Assembly: GCA_963834485.1 (NCBI GenBank)
Contig: CAWICD010000001.1
Location: forward strand, 758,862-822,861
Length of the DNA stretch: 64,000 bases
Direction of reading: 5' to 3'
Source of the DNA: Vulcanimicrobiota bacterium
GTDB taxonomy: Bacteria > Vulcanimicrobiota > Vulcanimicrobiia > Vulcanimicrobiales > Vulcanimicrobiaceae
Part shown: positions 60,993-64,000 of the stretch, piece after piece
Numbering within the stretch: position 1 is the stretch's first letter
Layout: each line of letters starts with the position of its first letter
The notes under the pieces: generated by a model
Seen by the model: the letters and a program-made list of their open reading frames with translations, nothing else
Databases searched by the model: none
What the model was told of the DNA's origin: nothing
Translations under genes and position numbers: made by a program

Positions 60993-61653
60993 CCGGCTTC
61001 GTCACAATTTGGGGCTGAAACTCTTGGCCCTCGCCTTCGCGGTCGCGGCGTGGGCCTATCTGCGCCTGACGCCCAATCCGATCATCGCGGCCCGCTTCAC
61101 CCAGCAGTTCAGCGTCCCGATCTCGACGATCGGCTTGAGCCCGGATTACATGGCCCGCTATACGGACAAGGACGCCGTCGTCGCGATCGATCAGGCCCGT
61201 GGCGGCGCGCCGATCAAGCCCGACGCCGTGCGCGCGGTCCTCGACTTGAACGGACGCGGGCCGGGCGTCTACAACGTTCCGGTCGAAGTGATCGCTCCCA
61301 AACTCGAGATCAAATCGCTTTCGCCCGCCTCCGTGACGCTCTCCATCGAACGGATCGAAGAGCGGAGCCTCGCCGTCGCGCCGCACTACGTGGGCGACCC
61401 GCGCAAGAACGTCGTCGTCGAGCACGTGGACGTGCAGCCTCAATACGCAACGCTGCGCGCGCCCTCCAGCGATCTCGACCGCGTCGCGAGCGTGCGCGTC
61501 GACGTGCCGCTCCCCTCGAATCCCTCGACCTTCGATGCGATGGTCCGTCCGGTCGCCGCCGATCAGCAGGGGGCCGAGGTCCAGAACGTCGCGGTCACGC
61601 CCAACCTGCTGCGCGTGCGTGCGACCTTCGGACCGGGAGCGCGCGAGCGATGA
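60985..61653 (+). CDS. cdaR: CdaA regulatory protein CdaR (YbbR domains)
   Basis: N-terminal TM helix (LKLLALAFAVAAWAYL) plus YbbR-like repeats. Occupies the conserved position between cdaA and glmM. Overlaps both neighbours. Confidence 0.8.
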   Translation: MLDRLRHNLGLKLLALAFAVAAWAYLRLTPNPIIAARFTQQFSVPISTIGLSPDYMARYTDKDAVVAIDQARGGAPIKPDAVRAVLDLNGRGPGVYNVPVEVIAPKLEIKSLSPASVTLSIERIEERSLAVAPHYVGDPRKNVVVEHVDVQPQYATLRAPSSDLDRVASVRVDVPLPSNPSTFDAMVRPVAADQQGAEVQNVAVTPNLLRVRATFGPGARER

Positions 61654-63008
61654 GCGCCCCGCGGCTCTTCGGGACCGACGGCGTGCGCGGGGTCGCCAAT
61701 CTCGATTTGACGCCCGAGCTCGCCTTCCGGATCGGACGCGCCGGCGCGGTCGTGCTCGCCCGCGAGAGCGGGCCCGAGCGCCCGGTCGTGATCGGACGCG
61801 ACACGCGGCTCTCGGGGACGATGCTCGAGGCGGCGCTCGTGGCGGGGATCACCTCGGTCGGGCGCGACACGCTCTCGCTCGGCGTCGTTCCGACGCCGGG
61901 CGTCGCCTGCATCACCGCGCGCCTCGAAGCCGCCGCCGGCGTGATGATCAGCGCGTCGCACAATCCGATCGAGGACAACGGCGTCAAATTCTTCGGCGCC
62001 GACGGATTCAAGCTGCGCGACGAGCAGGAGCGTGAGATCGAGCGCATCCTCGACGACGAGAGCGTCATACCGCGCGCGACCCACGGGCACGTCGGGATCG
62101 CGCGCAGCGCGCACGGCTTGGTCGACCGCTATTTCACGACGCTGCTCGAAGCGGGCGGCGACCTCTCGAGCCTGACCGTCGCGGTCGATGCCGCGTTCGG
62201 CGCGGCCTTCGACATCGGGCCGCGCGCGCTGGCGCGCCTCGGCGCCGAGGTCGTGCCGCTCCACGCCGAGGACGACGGCTCGCGCATCAACGTCGCATGC
62301 GGTTCGACCGATCTGTCGGCGCTCGCCGAACGGGTCCGCGCGCTGCAGGAGGCGGATCCTTCCGCGCACGTGCTGGGCGTCGCCTTCGACGGCGACGCGG
62401 ACCGCGTGCTGTTCGTCGACGAGCGCGGCGCGCCGGTCAGCGGCGATCACGTGATGCTGATCCTCGGGCGCGAGAGGAAGCGTCTCGGACATCTGCCAGG
62501 CGACACGGTGGTCGGCACGGTGATGAGCAACGCGGGGCTCGAACGCGCCCTCGCGCGGGAAGGGATCAAGCTGCTGCGCACCGCGGTCGGCGACCGCTAC
62601 GTGCTCGAAGCGATGCGCGCAGAAGGTTACACCTTCGGCGGCGAGCAGTCGGGACACATCATCGACCTCGATCGCAACACGACCGGCGACGGTCCGATGG
62701 CGGCGGTCGCGCTCCTCTCGATCGTCGCTGCCCAGAGGACCACCCTGCACGAACTCGCTGCCGCATTGCACGTCTATCCACAGGTTCTCGTCAACGTGCG
62801 CACCGCTCGCAAGCACGTCCTCGACGACGCGGCCGTGCGCGCCGCGATCGCTCGCGTCGAGGCCGAACTCGGTGCCGAGGGGCGTTTGCTCGTACGCGCC
62901 TCGGGGACGGAGCCGCTCATCCGCGTGATGATCGAAGGCGACGATCGAGCGCGAATCGTCGCGCTGGCCGACGAGCTCGCCCAAGTCGTGCGCGGCGCTG
63001 CGAGTTAG
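61650..63008 (+). CDS. glmM: Phosphoglucosamine mutase
   Basis: LFGTDGVRG, the ISASHNP phosphoserine loop, FDGDADR and GGEQSGH. The ATG overlaps the cdaR stop (ATGA). Confidence 0.95.
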   Translation: MSAPRLFGTDGVRGVANLDLTPELAFRIGRAGAVVLARESGPERPVVIGRDTRLSGTMLEAALVAGITSVGRDTLSLGVVPTPGVACITARLEAAAGVMISASHNPIEDNGVKFFGADGFKLRDEQEREIERILDDESVIPRATHGHVGIARSAHGLVDRYFTTLLEAGGDLSSLTVAVDAAFGAAFDIGPRALARLGAEVVPLHAEDDGSRINVACGSTDLSALAERVRALQEADPSAHVLGVAFDGDADRVLFVDERGAPVSGDHVMLILGRERKRLGHLPGDTVVGTVMSNAGLERALAREGIKLLRTAVGDRYVLEAMRAEGYTFGGEQSGHIIDLDRNTTGDGPMAAVALLSIVAAQRTTLHELAAALHVYPQVLVNVRTARKHVLDDAAVRAAIARVEAELGAEGRLLVRASGTEPLIRVMIEGDDRARIVALADELAQVVRGAAS

Positions 63009-63116
63009 GCGATCCACATCACATTTTTCGCTCATTCCCCGCACGGAGCCGCAGGTGATCGCTCACATGCGTGTAATTTGCGGACATCCAACGTCGATGA
63101 CGTGGATATGCGAGAG

Positions 63117-63145
63117 TTGAAAACTCGCGACATTCGTCGTAATCT
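63117..63145 (+). promoter_or_regulatory. Promoter candidate for the c-di-AMP riboswitch/NlpC-P60 transcript
   Basis: TTGAAA (63117-63122), a 17-nt spacer, then TAATCT (63140-63145), immediately before the aptamer 5' end. Confidence 0.45.
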
Positions 63146-63262
63146 AAATCGCTGAATCCGGGTCGAGACCCGGAGCGGGGGACTCCACGGTGGGGTGAAT
63201 GCGCCGGTCGGCGCTAGGGCAACCTCTCAGCCCGAACCCGTCAACTAACCTCGTAAGCGTTG
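63146..63262 (+). promoter_or_regulatory. c-di-AMP riboswitch (ydaO-yuaA motif)
   Basis: AAAUCGCUGAAUC...GAGCGGGGGACUCCA...GGGGUGAAU...CCCGAACCCGUCAACUAACCUCGUAAGCGUUG reproduces the conserved ydaO blocks (AUCGCU.AAUC, GCGGGGGAC.CA, GGGGUGAAU, CCCGAA.CCG.CA.CUAACCUCGUAAGCG). Confidence 0.9.
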
Positions 63263-63276
63263 AAAGAGGAGTTGGC

Positions 63277-63957
63277 TTGATCCGATCCATTGGAGTTGCG
63301 TTTTTCGCCGCGGCGCTCGTTGCAGTCGCCGGCGGCGCAGCGGATGCGAAGTCGCATACCGACATTCACCAAGCAGCGCAGGGTGAGACGCTCCAGACGG
63401 CCTCCGGCAGCGCAGTCACGGTGGCCGCAAGCGGCGAGAGCCGCACGCAGGCCGGCGATACCGAGGTTTCCTCGAACATGCCGACCGCGGACGCCGATCT
63501 GCAGATGTGGTCGGACGACGCCGCTTCGCTGAAGAGCGCCGCCGATCCGGTGCACCGCTTCGCGCGCGGCGTCATCAACCGGACCTCGACCATCGCGATG
63601 AGCCTGACGCGCAGCGCGATGCGCTTCATCGGAACGCCGTACGTCTTCGGCGGCACGTCGCCGAGCGGCTTCGATTGCTCGGGCTACGTGCAATACGTCT
63701 TCGCCATGTTCGGCATCCATCTGCCGCGAACCGCGGACGTGCAGTACTATGCCGGGCACCACACCGACGGCGGCATCCAAGTCGGCGACTTGGTGTTCTT
63801 CCAGACCTACGAACCCGGTCCGTCGCACGTCGGAATCTACATGGGCGACGGCAAGTTCATCCATAGCTCGAGCCACGGTGTGATGATCAGCCGCCTGGCC
63901 GACAGCTATTGGGCCGAGCGTTACCTGGGCGCGAAGCGAGTCGTAGCGCTGCACTAA
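63277..63957 (+). CDS. Secreted NlpC/P60 family cell-wall peptidase
   Basis: TTG start 5 nt after AGAGGAG. Signal peptide IRSIGVAFFAAALVAVAGGAADA. C-terminal GTPYVFGGTSPSGFDCSGYV...SHVGIYMG...IHSS (Cys-His-His). Confidence 0.9.
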   Translation: MIRSIGVAFFAAALVAVAGGAADAKSHTDIHQAAQGETLQTASGSAVTVAASGESRTQAGDTEVSSNMPTADADLQMWSDDAASLKSAADPVHRFARGVINRTSTIAMSLTRSAMRFIGTPYVFGGTSPSGFDCSGYVQYVFAMFGIHLPRTADVQYYAGHHTDGGIQVGDLVFFQTYEPGPSHVGIYMGDGKFIHSSSHGVMISRLADSYWAERYLGAKRVVALH

Positions 63958-64000
63958 AGCGGCGCCGCGCACGAACGCCGTTCGCGTTCGCAAGAAGGCC

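Overview
High-GC, gene-dense bacterial chromosomal segment, mostly housekeeping genes in short, often translationally coupled operons (ATGA/GTGA overlaps). No rRNA, CRISPR array or intact mobile element is present. Left to right: two tandem Flp pilin genes, an SLT transglycosylase and two paralogous small proteins; tRNA-Ile; yceD-rpmF-fabH-fabD-fabG-acpP; ffh-rpsP-KH-rimM; yihY; a MocR regulator; scoAB; an S53 peptidase; a giant PFOR-like 2-oxoacid oxidoreductase coupled to a fused GltD/NfnB+PyrK/NfnA protein; DUF190; a fluoride riboswitch before a cation:proton antiporter; a split class II RNR (nrdJ) with three inteins; yqeG-HAD-aroE; DUF4185; tRNA-Ser; ALDH-like genes; DUF1445; a ferritin-like pseudogene holding a TnpB remnant; ppa; icd; an EgtB-like gene; deoC; ilvA-aroC-aroK-aroB; priA; a third Flp gene; phaC; rpsT; rsgA; cdaA-cdaR-glmM; and a c-di-AMP (ydaO-type) riboswitch before an NlpC/P60 hydrolase. 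The items most worth a second look are the PFOR/Nfn-like module, the riboswitch-controlled antiporter with no crcB/eriC nearby, the triple-intein split nrdJ, an ALDH paralog with its catalytic residues replaced (coupled to deoC), probable CTG starts in fabH and rsgA, a 50-bp duplication of the fabD start, and a putative Ile/Val leader-peptide attenuator before ilvA. All calls come from reading the sequence and translations by eye. No database search or RNA folding was run.
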